This document shows positions 47,685 to 57,399 of a stretch of 64,000 nucleotides of DNA, piece by piece (the stretch's first letter is position 1; each line of letters begins with the position of its first letter). Both the position numbers and the translations under genes were made by a program. Source of the DNA: Candidatus Thorarchaeota archaeon (GTDB lineage: Archaea; Asgardarchaeota; Thorarchaeia; Thorarchaeales; Thorarchaeaceae); contig CP070761.1 in the NCBI GenBank assembly GCA_020348985.1, forward strand, positions 1,856,905 through 1,920,904, read 5' to 3'. The notes under the pieces were generated by a model. The model saw only the letters and a list, made by a program, of their open reading frames with translations. It had not been told where the DNA came from and did not search any database.

Positions 47685-48842
47685 TTGCCGATGCTCGGTG
47701 CTCGAATGACCAACAAGAAGCGCATGACTTCATTGCTGAGGGACTTGATTGCAGCCAGCTCTGAAAGCCCCCCGGGCGGTGAAAGAGAGGTTGCTGACAT
47801 TCTTCGGAATCACTTGGAAGCACAAGGCATTTCGTGTGTTTCCGTTGGGCCCTCTGACCGACCCAATCTCATCTTCTCAAGCCACGACGGAGAAATTGGC
47901 CCCTTAGTCATGCACGGCCATATGGACACTGTGCCAGCTGGCCCAAAGGATAAGTGGACGCATGATCCCTTTGCCGGAGAGATTGTTGATGGCAAAATGT
48001 ATGGTCGGGGTGCCTGCGATATGAAAGGGCCTGTCGCAGCTTTGACAGAAACGCTGATTCTCTACTCTGAGGAGAAGCATGAAATGCCTTTGCTTGTCCT
48101 AACAACCTCTGATGAAGAGACTGGATGCACTGGAGCAGAGAAGATCGCTCAAAGCGGAAAACTGAATGGAGTCAGTTATGGAGTCTGCGCAGAACCAACG
48201 AACCTCGGAGTTTTCGTTGGCGAGAAGGGAATACTCTGGTCGAAGGTGATCGCGAAGGGAGAGGCTGCACATGGATCAAGACCAGAAGAAGGTGTCAATG
48301 CGATAGAGCTTTGCATCGATGCCGTTCGCGTTCTTACAGATGCGAAGTATGAATTTGAAGAGGACCCATTGTTGGGTGATTACACACTGAGTCTCGGGAC
48401 GATCAAAGGGGGAGTCAAGGTCAATGTTGTCCCGTCTCAGTGTGAGGCCCAACTTGACATGCGATTGGTCCGGGGCCAGATTCCTGAGTCTATTCTTGAG
48501 CAGATGAGGATCAAGATAGCCGAGGCTGGGTTCTCAGAAAGAGTCCAAGTTGAGTACGTTCATGGTAAGAAGGCTGTTCGTACTGATGAAAACGAGGAGA
48601 TTGTCAAGGTCAGTCTGGATGCAGTGGAAAAGGTGAGAGGGACTCGCCCCATGTTGTCCACTGCCACCTATGGAACCGATTGTTCCGTTCTACAGCCAGA
48701 AGTTGGGATTCTGCACGCGATTTGCGGTCCTGGCTCGATAGAACAAGCTCATCAACCAGATGAATTCATTCCTCTGGACCAGTTCTTTGACTCAGTGGAA
48801 ATCTACTTGCACATTGCAAGACATTTCTCGAGCAAATCCTAA
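47685..48842 (+). CDS. M20 family metallopeptidase/amidohydrolase (ArgE/DapE-like)
   Basis: HGHMDTVP, GRGACDMKG, DEE, EPT, AHGSRP and AHQPDE. Confidence 0.92.
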   Translation: MPMLGARMTNKKRMTSLLRDLIAASSESPPGGEREVADILRNHLEAQGISCVSVGPSDRPNLIFSSHDGEIGPLVMHGHMDTVPAGPKDKWTHDPFAGEIVDGKMYGRGACDMKGPVAALTETLILYSEEKHEMPLLVLTTSDEETGCTGAEKIAQSGKLNGVSYGVCAEPTNLGVFVGEKGILWSKVIAKGEAAHGSRPEEGVNAIELCIDAVRVLTDAKYEFEEDPLLGDYTLSLGTIKGGVKVNVVPSQCEAQLDMRLVRGQIPESILEQMRIKIAEAGFSERVQVEYVHGKKAVRTDENEEIVKVSLDAVEKVRGTRPMLSTATYGTDCSVLQPEVGILHAICGPGSIEQAHQPDEFIPLDQFFDSVEIYLHIARHFSSKS

Positions 48843-48859
48843 ACATGAGTCCGAAGCAC

Positions 48860-49651
48860 TCATTCTCTCTTCGCGGAAGCCTTCTTGGCTATTAAAGACG
48901 CAAATGCACCTGCTCCCAATCCGTTACCTATGTTTACTACTGCAAGTCCGGGTGCGCAGGATTGCAGCATCGCGGCCAAAGCTGTCTCTCCTTTTCCACC
49001 GTGACCGTACCCAGTTGGCACTGGCACACCTATGACGGGCACATCTATGAGCGATGCAATGACAGTCGGAAGGGCTCCTTCCATTCCCGCAAACACCACA
49101 ACAGCATCGACCCCTTCGTCAATAATCTTCTTCACTGGCTCGACAAGTCTGTGAATTCCTGCGACACCGACATCAAAGAAAGACAACACATCGACACCCA
49201 TCACGTTCGCTATTGCCTCGGCTTCTCGGGCATAGGGTATGTCTGAAGTTCCTGCTGTCATGATTGCGATCTTGCCGCCGCTGTTGACAGGCTTCCAGTC
49301 CGTACTATGAACGAGCACAGTAAAATGCTCATCCCTTCCTGCCACGTGTAACTCTACGTTTTCAAGCCCCTTCTCAATCGCCTCAACTTTCTGCTTGTCA
49401 GATCTGGTGATGAGTGCAACGCCTCTGCTATCGACCATTTCTGACACAATCTTCACAAGTTCATCTTTGCCCTTCGCTTCTGCAAACACAACTTCAGGAA
49501 TTCCTGCTCTCTCTTCTCTCCCCAGATCTATTGCAGCAACTCCCCCAATCTCTGAGACTGCCATCTTCTGTAGTTCTCTTTCTGCCTCTTCAATAGACAG
49601 CTTTCCATTCGCCAATGCCTTCAGAATATCCTTCGTCGTGGTCAATTTCAT
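48860..49651 (-). CDS. larB: Nickel pincer cofactor biosynthesis protein LarB
   Basis: GIPEVVF, TAGTSD, DVGVAGIHRL, AGMEGALP, PTGYG and VVNI. Start refined to ATG 49651. Confidence 0.9.
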   Translation of the reverse strand: MKLTTTKDILKALANGKLSIEEAERELQKMAVSEIGGVAAIDLGREERAGIPEVVFAEAKGKDELVKIVSEMVDSRGVALITRSDKQKVEAIEKGLENVELHVAGRDEHFTVLVHSTDWKPVNSGGKIAIMTAGTSDIPYAREAEAIANVMGVDVLSFFDVGVAGIHRLVEPVKKIIDEGVDAVVVFAGMEGALPTVIASLIDVPVIGVPVPTGYGHGGKGETALAAMLQSCAPGLAVVNIGNGLGAGAFASLIAKKASAKRE

Positions 49652-49741
49652 GTCCCCTTTGAACTGACACGAAGAACGGAGAAACCTTAAAGTTGACGCT
49701 TGCTGAAGAAGCGCGCAAGCCTTGGTCATCGGGATGATAAT

Positions 49742-50254
49742 ATGCAGTTGCCAATTCGAATTGACTACCTTCTTGTGATAGCTCTACTGGTTGCGGTCTT
49801 TGCTGTAGCAGTGCTACTAGGACGTCCCGTTGGTCCTCGGAAGACCCCGATCATGAAACAAGTTCAGAAAGTGAAATCTGCAGTCGATAAGGGGCGTACT
49901 CCTCCAGAAGTCACGGTAAGATCAAGGCTGACCATAGTCACTCGTCTATTTGAAGAGAAAATGGAAAAAGTTGGACTTGAGCCATCATCAGATTCAGGTT
50001 ACATTCCCGTGTCTCAGACACCTTTCGCTTCCTTTCTAGCTGAGCACGGTGTCAATGAGGACACAATCGGGGCAATCCTGGCTGAACTCAAGCAAATCGA
50101 GTCCGAATCGGGGGTTGCGGAGATAATTGATGCGGTTGCGGAGACTCCGGGGGTTGTCTTGGAAGGTGCAGACACAGAAACCGCCGTACAGCTTGCGATA
50201 GAGGAGTGGCAGCTAGGCCAAAAGAAGCCACAACGGAATGAGAAACACACATGA
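49742..50254 (+). CDS. Hypothetical protein with an N-terminal TM anchor
   Basis: Hydrophobic YLLVIALLVAVFAVAVLL; the stop overlaps the alaX start. Confidence 0.7.
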   Translation: MQLPIRIDYLLVIALLVAVFAVAVLLGRPVGPRKTPIMKQVQKVKSAVDKGRTPPEVTVRSRLTIVTRLFEEKMEKVGLEPSSDSGYIPVSQTPFASFLAEHGVNEDTIGAILAELKQIESESGVAEIIDAVAETPGVVLEGADTETAVQLAIEEWQLGQKKPQRNEKHT

Positions 50255-50988
50255 CCGAGCTTCTTCATATGCGTGACAATTACCTGAAGGAGTTTGACGC
50301 GACAGTCTCCTCGGTGGGAGAAGGCTACGTAGTCCTTGATAGAACAGCATTCTATCCTGAAGGCGGAGGGCAATCTGGCGACAAGGGTGAGCTATGGAGC
50401 GCCGGCTCGAAAGTATTGGTGAAGAATGTTGCAAAACAAGAAGGGACTATTAGACATCTCCTCATGGATGACCACGATTTCAAAACAGGCGACCCCATAC
50501 GAGGGGTAATCGACTGGGATTGGCGATATGAATGCATGAGATTTCATACTGCTCAACATGTTCTTTCTCGCTATCTTCAGTTAGAGTACGGCCTTGAAAC
50601 GGTAGGAAATCACATCAAACCTGGGGGAAGCCGAGCCGACTATGCACCGCTTGACGAACTAAATGATCAGATGAAAACTAACATTGAGAATGGAGTCAAC
50701 GATGTGCTTTCAAGAAGCCTAGATGTAGAAATCCGTTTTATGCCCAGGGCTGATGCAATCGAATTCCTTCAGGCGGCTGGATATCAAACAAGGTACCTAG
50801 AAATGGTCCCTAAGTCAATCAAAGAGTTCAGAGTGATGGTCATAGGAGACTACGATGCCTCTTCATGCGCTGGAACCCATGTATCGAATACGAGCGAAAT
50901 CGGAAGCATAGTCCTTGGCAGGACAAAGAATGTTGGCGCTGGAAAACGGCGCATCTACTTCAAATTGAGCAACAAAGGTTCTAGATGA
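50251..50988 (+). CDS. alaX: Alanyl-tRNA editing protein AlaX (AlaX-M)
   Basis: RTAFYPEGGGQ, HTAQH and CAGTHV. Confidence 0.92.
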   Translation: MTELLHMRDNYLKEFDATVSSVGEGYVVLDRTAFYPEGGGQSGDKGELWSAGSKVLVKNVAKQEGTIRHLLMDDHDFKTGDPIRGVIDWDWRYECMRFHTAQHVLSRYLQLEYGLETVGNHIKPGGSRADYAPLDELNDQMKTNIENGVNDVLSRSLDVEIRFMPRADAIEFLQAAGYQTRYLEMVPKSIKEFRVMVIGDYDASSCAGTHVSNTSEIGSIVLGRTKNVGAGKRRIYFKLSNKGSR

Positions 50989-51041
50989 TTCGGCCAACAG
51001 TTTTATCAACTGAACCCGAGTCTTCGATACGAGTGACATCA

Positions 51042-52316
51042 ATGAAGGCACTGGTATTGACCGCTGGTGTTGGTCAAAGGTCTCTACCTTTGACAGCAAC
51101 CCGCTCCAAGGCTATGCTCATGATTGCCGGACGACCAGTTATGCAGTACATACTGGAAAGTTTGTCTGCGAACGGAATCAAGGATATAGTTATTGTCGTA
51201 GGTCACGGCCGCGAGGAAATCATCGGTCACTTCAAGCATGGTGATGGCCACGATACGAGAATAAGCTACGTAATCCAGCACGAAGCCAAAGGTGTGGAAC
51301 ACGCCATTCTGACCGCCAGGGATGAGTTGGAGGGTGAAGAGGAGTTCCTACTGGTCAATGGTGATGTCCTTGTGGAACCAGATATGGTGTCTAGGACTCT
51401 TGCCAACCATCAGAACATGAATGCAGATGTCACGATGCTCGTCACACTTGTATCGAATCCCGAGCAATTTGGAACCGTGAAGATTGGGCACAATGGTGTT
51501 GTAGAACGCCTCGTTGAGAAGGGTGGTCCTGATAGATACGTGAGCAACTACGCAGTGGCAGGAGTCACTGTGTTCAGTACGGAGACATTGCCTCTACTTG
51601 AGAAACATGGCACAATGGAAGCCACAATTGAGAGTATGATAAAGTCGGATAAGAGAGTCTCTACAACTGTCTGGGAGAAAGAATGGGCAGAATTCACTTG
51701 GCCTTGGGATATACTCAATGCAAATAGGATTGTTTTGGATCGCGAGCTGAGGGGACACGGTAGTTTCATTGCGGAATCCGCGGAACTTCACGACAATGTC
51801 ATTCTTGAAGGGCCGGTCTACGTTGATGAAGGTGCGATAGTCCGACCTGGGACTACATTGAGAGGACCTCTCTACATTGGCAAGAAGGTCTATGTTGGTA
51901 ACAACTCACTAGTTCGAGACTACACGTGTCTCTGTGACGACGTGCATCTAGGTTACGGCGTAGAGGTGCGGAACAGCGTGATATTCCAAGGAGTTAACAT
52001 TGGCAGAATGACTTACATTGCTGACTCGATAGTTGGGGAGAAGACATGCATTGAGGCCGGCGCTCAGATGTGGAATTGGCGGCCTGGAGATGAACCTCTT
52101 TTCCTGAAGTATGAGGATGAAAAAGTGCAGATTCCATTTCCCAAGTTCGGGGCGATTATTGGTGACAATGTTATCATTGGCGTCAATAGCTCAATCTATC
52201 CTGCAACAAGAATTGGTCACAATAGCATGATCGCACCTGGATGTATCATCAACAGTGACATTCCGCCTAACAGCGATGTGAGTGTTAAGCAGCAACTCAA
52301 GATAACCAAGCGCTGA
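51042..52316 (+). CDS. Sugar-phosphate nucleotidyltransferase with hexapeptide repeats (GlmU-like)
   Basis: LTAGVGQR..PLT...K, NGD, EK, WPWDIL, a left-handed beta-helix and KFGAIIGD. Confidence 0.9.
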   Translation: MKALVLTAGVGQRSLPLTATRSKAMLMIAGRPVMQYILESLSANGIKDIVIVVGHGREEIIGHFKHGDGHDTRISYVIQHEAKGVEHAILTARDELEGEEEFLLVNGDVLVEPDMVSRTLANHQNMNADVTMLVTLVSNPEQFGTVKIGHNGVVERLVEKGGPDRYVSNYAVAGVTVFSTETLPLLEKHGTMEATIESMIKSDKRVSTTVWEKEWAEFTWPWDILNANRIVLDRELRGHGSFIAESAELHDNVILEGPVYVDEGAIVRPGTTLRGPLYIGKKVYVGNNSLVRDYTCLCDDVHLGYGVEVRNSVIFQGVNIGRMTYIADSIVGEKTCIEAGAQMWNWRPGDEPLFLKYEDEKVQIPFPKFGAIIGDNVIIGVNSSIYPATRIGHNSMIAPGCIINSDIPPNSDVSVKQQLKITKR

Positions 52317-52338
52317 TCGTTACAGCGTATTCCCTTGG

Positions 52339-53016
52339 CTAGTCTGGCAATTCCGATTCGGCAGCAACGACGTCGTTAACATAAAGAAATGCAGTCCCGT
52401 CGCGAATCACGAGTTTGAATTCACCTTCAATGTCTGCTTCATCAAGAGTGAAAGTGATTCCTTCTAGCTGTACATATGTGTCTCCCGAACTACTAGCAAC
52501 AGAGATGTCATGACTCATCGGTTCCTGTGGATTGGTTCTCAGACTCGGAATGAGCTGCTGCCCTTTGAGGAGCCGGTCAAGTTGGGACAATTCATGTCTC
52601 TCGAGAAGGGACCTTATGCTACGATATCCCAAGTATCGATCTCTCTTCCTGTTTAGCCAATGATCTTCATGCTTACCTGCTGAGATTCTTTCTATTGCGA
52701 GATATGTCCCCAGTCCGCGATCTATTACATCTAGATCAATGTCCTCCTCTTTGTTCAAATAGCCTGCTGTGGCTGGATGACTCAACTCGTGAGCCAGCAA
52801 TCCGAGTTTTTGCGATTCATGCCAGTCTCTAACGCTTTTGTCACACTCTATTCTCATTGTCCTGTCAGTAATGGACCAGCTAATCTGGGCAAACGCGGAG
52901 ATAGACTTCCACCTAACAAAGAAATCATGTCTTCTGAGTTCAGGGTATGCGAATTCGATGAGTCTATCAACGAGCTTTCGGAGCTCTGGGGCTGCTCGTA
53001 CGTGTTTGCTAGACAT
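52339..53016 (-). CDS. Putative zincin-like metalloprotein (HExxH)
   Basis: GLLAHELSH...E...D.DVIDRG. Confidence 0.6.
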   Translation of the reverse strand: MSSKHVRAAPELRKLVDRLIEFAYPELRRHDFFVRWKSISAFAQISWSITDRTMRIECDKSVRDWHESQKLGLLAHELSHPATAGYLNKEEDIDLDVIDRGLGTYLAIERISAGKHEDHWLNRKRDRYLGYRSIRSLLERHELSQLDRLLKGQQLIPSLRTNPQEPMSHDISVASSSGDTYVQLEGITFTLDEADIEGEFKLVIRDGTAFLYVNDVVAAESELPD

Positions 53017-53062
53017 TCTGGCGCTTCCTATACTTCTTTCTCTCTGAACATTAATCAAACGT

Positions 53063-53983
53063 ATGGTCATCTTTAAAAGCCAAGCTCAGGACTTTCGCGA
53101 TGAATCCCCTTTAGAACAAACTAGGAGAGTCATTACGATTAGTCGAAAGAGGTGGGGAAAGTCAGCCGCCAAGACTGAGAAGATAATAAGAGATGCGGTT
53201 CCGAAGCCAGAGACGCTATCTGAGATAGACGAGTTTCTGAGCAAGGCAAGATCGGTCACCGCATACGAGCTAGCGAGGCGGTTTGGCGTTAGAATGAGTG
53301 TTGCTCGCCAGATTCTCAAGAAGAAAGAGAGTGAGGGAATCATAGTACCCTATGTACGAGACGGAGGTCTAGCAGTCTTTACCACCCCTGGCGAGATGGA
53401 ATCTCGAGATGAACCACGGCAAATCATTCTGGGAGATGCCATCGAAGAGGTGGCCTCAACCACATCGGAGGAGGCCGTCCTAACAGCTGACTTCGAAATC
53501 GCTTTTGCTGAGTCATCAGCTATTGGAGTTGAAAAGCCGGGCAGAGCAGCGCGTCGCCGGAGAGAAGTAGGTGAGAAGAAGGAAAGGAAGGACCTGCGAC
53601 CTGAAGTTGTCGTTGAGCCTCTTGCTGTAGAGGTACCTCCTCAAACTGCTGCAGAGGAGGTTCCCAAGGAGGCACCAAAGAAGAAGCCCAAGAAGAAAGC
53701 TCCTGCCAAGAAGAAAGCTGAAGAAGAGAAGCCCAAGAAGAAGGCACCAGCCAAGAAGAAAGCTGAAAAAGAGAAGCCCAAGAAGAAAGCTCCAGCCAAG
53801 AAGAAAGCTGAAAAAGAGAAGCCCAAGAAGAAAGCACCAGCCAAGAAGAAAGCTGAAGAAGAGAAGCCCAAGAAGAAGGCACCAGCCAAGAAGAAAGCTG
53901 AAGAAGAGAAGCCCAAGAAGAAGGCACCAGCCAAGAAGAAAGCTGAAGAAGAGAAGCCCAAGAAGAAGACCACAAAGAAGTAG
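53063..53983 (+). CDS. rps25e: Ribosomal protein eS25 with a long C-terminal extension and Lys-rich repeats
   Basis: RKRWGK...VTAYELARRFGVRMSVARQIL...EGII winged helix typical of eS25. The true start is uncertain. Confidence 0.75.
   Translation: MVIFKSQAQDFRDESPLEQTRRVITISRKRWGKSAAKTEKIIRDAVPKPETLSEIDEFLSKARSVTAYELARRFGVRMSVARQILKKKESEGIIVPYVRDGGLAVFTTPGEMESRDEPRQIILGDAIEEVASTTSEEAVLTADFEIAFAESSAIGVEKPGRAARRRREVGEKKERKDLRPEVVVEPLAVEVPPQTAAEEVPKEAPKKKPKKKAPAKKKAEEEKPKKKAPAKKKAEKEKPKKKAPAKKKAEKEKPKKKAPAKKKAEEEKPKKKAPAKKKAEEEKPKKKAPAKKKAEEEKPKKKTTKK
53684..53968 (+). repeat. 45-bp tandem repeat, 6 full copies plus a partial copy (KPKKKAPAKKKAE[E/K]E)
   Basis: Unit approximately AAGCCCAAGAAGAARGCWCCWGCCAAGAAGAAAGCTGAARAAGAG. 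Confidence 0.95.
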
Positions 53984-54118
53984 TCTTGGTGATTGTGACT
54001 GGAGGCCTTGGCGCTATCACACTACTGGCAGTCTTGGTGATTTGGAAACGATGTCAACCTGGATAGATAGAAACCAGGTCGGAATACATCTATCTAACAA
54101 AGCCATGCAAAAACCAAG

Positions 54119-54145
54119 TTGAGCTGCACTTGCAATGCAGCTCAA
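54119..54145. terminator. Stem-loop between convergent genes
   Basis: TTGAGCTGCA-CTTGCAA-TGCAGCTCAA, a perfect 10-bp stem. Confidence 0.55.
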
Positions 54146-54159
54146 TTACAGTAGGTGCA

Positions 54160-54729
54160 TCACTTCAGTGCTGCAATCTGTTTGTCCATATCCTCGAGCT
54201 GGGAGTCCAATTCGGCTTCTTTCGTCTTGTACTCCTCTTCGGGAATGTAACCTCGCATGTAGTCGAACCTGAGATCTGTCAATGCAGCCTTTAAGCGGTC
54301 CTTTTGCTGAAGCAAGAAGTCCATCTGGTCACTGCCCTCTGCCGGAGCTGCAGCAGTTTCAGCTGCTGGTTCAGCTGCAGGCGCAGGTGCAGTCACAGGC
54401 TCAGCGGCCGGTTCGGGAGCAGGTTCAGTGGCTGTTTCGGGTGCTGGTGCAAGCTCAGCAGCTGGCTCAGTTGCCGGTGGAGGCACTGCTACCGGTGGTG
54501 GAGCTGCCGCTGGTTTCACGGTCTCCATCTGCTCCATGTTCTTGCGAAGTATGTCAATCTGATTGGCAATCTCAGTAAAGCTATCATTGATTGTCTGGTT
54601 TACAGACATCTTCATCTTTGCTAAGTTCTCGGCCAGAGTATCTGCAAGCCTCTTGGTCTCTGCAACTTTGTCTGCGAATGCTTCGATTGCTTTTAGTTTC
54701 TCCATCACTTCTGAAAGGTCAAAAGACAC
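54160..54729 (-). CDS. Coiled coil - Pro/Ala/Glu linker - SHOCT-like protein
   Basis: N-terminal heptads, an APAPEPAAEP linker and DYMRGYIPEEEYKTKEAEL. Confidence 0.75.
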   Translation of the reverse strand: MSFDLSEVMEKLKAIEAFADKVAETKRLADTLAENLAKMKMSVNQTINDSFTEIANQIDILRKNMEQMETVKPAAAPPPVAVPPPATEPAAELAPAPETATEPAPEPAAEPVTAPAPAAEPAAETAAAPAEGSDQMDFLLQQKDRLKAALTDLRFDYMRGYIPEEEYKTKEAELDSQLEDMDKQIAALK

Positions 54730-54875
54730 AGAATGTCACCTTCGGTATTGTCTATCGTTCTGTAATTGACTGGCTGACGTTTATCAAGGTTGTCGTGACG
54801 GACAATCAACTCAGTTGTATTGCTGACATAGTATCAAGGAAACATCCAACCTGAGAGTTGATTTCAACACACACT

Positions 54876-55727
54876 CTAAGCGGCTGCGGCCTCTGCCTTT
54901 CCTTCCAAGATGGCTCTTCTAATGATCTGAATCAGTCTATCCCTATATGAAATGTCTATGGCAACCAATTCGTACGTGGGTATCGCCAGAATCTGACCGA
55001 CTCTCTCAGGTGTCAATGCGGTAGGAAGGTCCTGCTTGTTCGCAATCCCAATTACCTTCGCATCTGGCACTTCGTCTTTAACTAATTGAACGAGCTTCTT
55101 ACTCCTTAGAACATTCTCAAGAGTGCTGTCTGTAACGATGATGACAACCTGTGCATTTGCCACCATCTTTGCCCACAGAATGCTAAATCGAGACTGTCCT
55201 GCCAAGTCCCAGAGCACGATGTTCGCGGTGCTTATCTCCTCAGGTAGCTTCTTGATGGAAACGCCTATTGTTGGATCATGTACAAGAGGCAGAGTCTCTC
55301 CTCTTAGAAGATGAAGTGTTGTTGTCTTACCGACCCCGGCATAGCCCAATATTGCGACTTTGACCATTGTTACAGCAATCTCATCGACTTTCGCGTCAAA
55401 CCCATCCATCTGAGTTGCTGGATCTGGAAGCTCTGAGAAGTCTTTGATGAAGATGTCAACAAGCTGCTCCATCTTTTCCTCCATTTGCGAAGAATCGTCG
55501 GCCTTGTCAGCAACGAAGACGAACGTGAAATGCCCCTTGACGGCATAGAAGAATCGCTGAGCTGCAAGGTTCATGAATTCGGTCTTCTCTTCAAGATCGA
55601 CCGTCCTCAAGAATTGTGTCAGGTTCACAAGGAATTCTACTATGCTCTCAGCGGATTCGCTTTTGGCGTAGTCCTTTGAGTAGACAATGTTGCCTTGCTC
55701 ACCGAGGATGTAGACACTTCGAATCAT
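54876..55727 (-). CDS. Longin domain - small GTPase (Ras superfamily, Arf/Rab-like) fusion
   Basis: N-terminal MIRSVYILGEQGNIVYSKDY...FTFVFVAD (adaptin-sigma/longin pattern). G1 GYAGVGKT, G2 PTIG, G3 WDLAGQ and G4 NKQD. Confidence 0.88.
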   Translation of the reverse strand: MIRSVYILGEQGNIVYSKDYAKSESAESIVEFLVNLTQFLRTVDLEEKTEFMNLAAQRFFYAVKGHFTFVFVADKADDSSQMEEKMEQLVDIFIKDFSELPDPATQMDGFDAKVDEIAVTMVKVAILGYAGVGKTTTLHLLRGETLPLVHDPTIGVSIKKLPEEISTANIVLWDLAGQSRFSILWAKMVANAQVVIIVTDSTLENVLRSKKLVQLVKDEVPDAKVIGIANKQDLPTALTPERVGQILAIPTYELVAIDISYRDRLIQIIRRAILEGKAEAAAA

Positions 55728-56836
55728 GCAGGCTCACTCCACGTCCGACCTAGGTGGTCTAAATATCTACTCGCTATTTCCTGTGAAATCTGCTTTTCAC
55801 TTATCTTGGTAGATACCAAGGGCAGAACATACTCAGGGAAGAACGCTTCTATTGTAGGGTTAGTGACTAGCGCCCAAAGCTCTTGCTCCTTGAACTGTGT
55901 GGCAATCCTCTCCGATTCAAATGTCCACAGCACACTACCCAACACTTCATTTGGAAGACCTGTCTTCTCTTCCAATTCCGCCAGAGTCATGGGACGAGAT
56001 CTTAACGCCTTCAAGATTTTGTAGTACAGACTCTTCACGAGTATCCCGGACAGCTTTCTTCTATCTTCCATAATGGGTGAGTTTGGGTCATCAACTGGTA
56101 GAGTAGGGTTGTATCCTTTGCTCGGAGGCGGCGGAGTGAAGAATGCGCCTACTCTCTGCTTGTAATCCTCTACTATTCCTGGAAAGGATTGGAGAGCAAA
56201 TGAGAGCGAATCAACCGGCGGGGCCCTGTAGCTGAAGACATCTTTTAGAAGGAAGACAACCTCTGCTGTCTTTCCAATCATTTCGACCTTCACGATTCCC
56301 GCGTCCATTAAGGGGGCCATGGCTTCACGCAGTTCTATAGTCTCGCTTTGGATTTGGTCTTTTAGCCAGATTCCTAGTTTCGCCGCTCGTTCAACTCCCT
56401 CTTCCTGCATCTTCTCAAGCAGTAGTGCAGTTGATGGCGTCAGGAAGATACTAGCAAAGAGCTGTTCTTCGGACAGAACTTCCAAGCCACTTCCCCTCTG
56501 TAGAATCTCTCCCAGATCCACACGGTCCGGGGCCTCCTTCATAAGTTCGAGAATAAATCGAGCACTACTTGTCAGATCCTCACGAATCATCTCCACATCA
56601 TCATCAGGTCTCAAGACATAGCACACGAACCAACCAGGATGACGTTCGTCCCAGTATGATGCAATCTGCATGTCCTCTATTTCACTGACTTTCAGGCTCT
56701 CCTCAATATCTTGTTGATGCTCGTAGAAGATGAGATTCAGTTTCTTTTCCGAGAGAATCAACGTAGTTGGATGTCGTTTCTGAACAACGAAACCCTGAAG
56801 ATCGTCAAGCTGAACGACGAAAACTGCGTCTGGCAT
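55724..56836 (-). CDS. uDENN/longin-like N-terminus plus winged-helix domains
   Basis: AVFVVQLDDLQGFVVQKRHP (uDENN-like start). wHTH-like segments (LREAMAPLMDAGIVK; MTLAELEEKTGLP). Overlaps the GTPase start (ATGA). Confidence 0.6.
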   Translation of the reverse strand: MPDAVFVVQLDDLQGFVVQKRHPTTLILSEKKLNLIFYEHQQDIEESLKVSEIEDMQIASYWDERHPGWFVCYVLRPDDDVEMIREDLTSSARFILELMKEAPDRVDLGEILQRGSGLEVLSEEQLFASIFLTPSTALLLEKMQEEGVERAAKLGIWLKDQIQSETIELREAMAPLMDAGIVKVEMIGKTAEVVFLLKDVFSYRAPPVDSLSFALQSFPGIVEDYKQRVGAFFTPPPPSKGYNPTLPVDDPNSPIMEDRRKLSGILVKSLYYKILKALRSRPMTLAELEEKTGLPNEVLGSVLWTFESERIATQFKEQELWALVTNPTIEAFFPEYVLPLVSTKISEKQISQEIASRYLDHLGRTWSEPA

Positions 56837-56929
56837 TGCGTGTCTCTATTGTCGGTCTTCTGAGCAATCATAAATCTTTCCGAGTTAGACTCAATGCTGC
56901 ACAACAACGACTTCAGTGAGGAACCGTGA

Positions 56930-57301
56930 TTAGAAATGGTCGATACATGAAAGATTACCGCTCTCATCCACGATCCAGCAATTCTCGCAGACGAAAACCC
57001 CGCAGTTTCCACACTTCCCAATGTGGTGATTCAAACCTCTGAATTCACTGTCTGCAGAATGTTCGCCATGATTCGCACAAAAGGCACGGTGGCACCTTCT
57101 GCAGGAGACTTGTGGCGCCAATTCACAAAGGGAGCACAATTGAGATGACATTAGCTCTCTGAGAGGACCCGCGTCAGAACCGTTCGATTCACCGCCCCAT
57201 TCATTGCACTCTGCGTTGAGACACTCGCCCACTCCTTTGTACTGTCCACAGTAAGCGCAGAATGGCTCGAGAACAGGATTCTGACGACGCAATATGTACA
57301 A
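56930..57301 (-). CDS. Cys/His-rich multi-zinc-finger protein (B-box-like)
   Basis: CAYC...C...C; CSLC...CRRC...FCANH; CGNC...VCENC...CIDH. Confidence 0.75.
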   Translation of the reverse strand: MYILRRQNPVLEPFCAYCGQYKGVGECLNAECNEWGGESNGSDAGPLRELMSSQLCSLCELAPQVSCRRCHRAFCANHGEHSADSEFRGLNHHIGKCGNCGVFVCENCWIVDESGNLSCIDHF

Positions 57302-57399
57302 CTCCCGTCCCTGTCTTTCGTTTTATCAGCTAGTAGGCGCGTAGCTGGCCTTTGATGATGTATTCCTAGAAAGGATGAAAAGGCTTTCCTACATGGTCG

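Noticed and set aside
53520-54020. Repetitive minus-strand ORFs (SSWASLLQL.. / FFLAGAFFLG..) and a possible CRISPR-like periodicity
   Set aside because: These are antisense shadows of the 45-bp coding repeat. The units are contiguous with no unique spacers, so this is not a CRISPR array.
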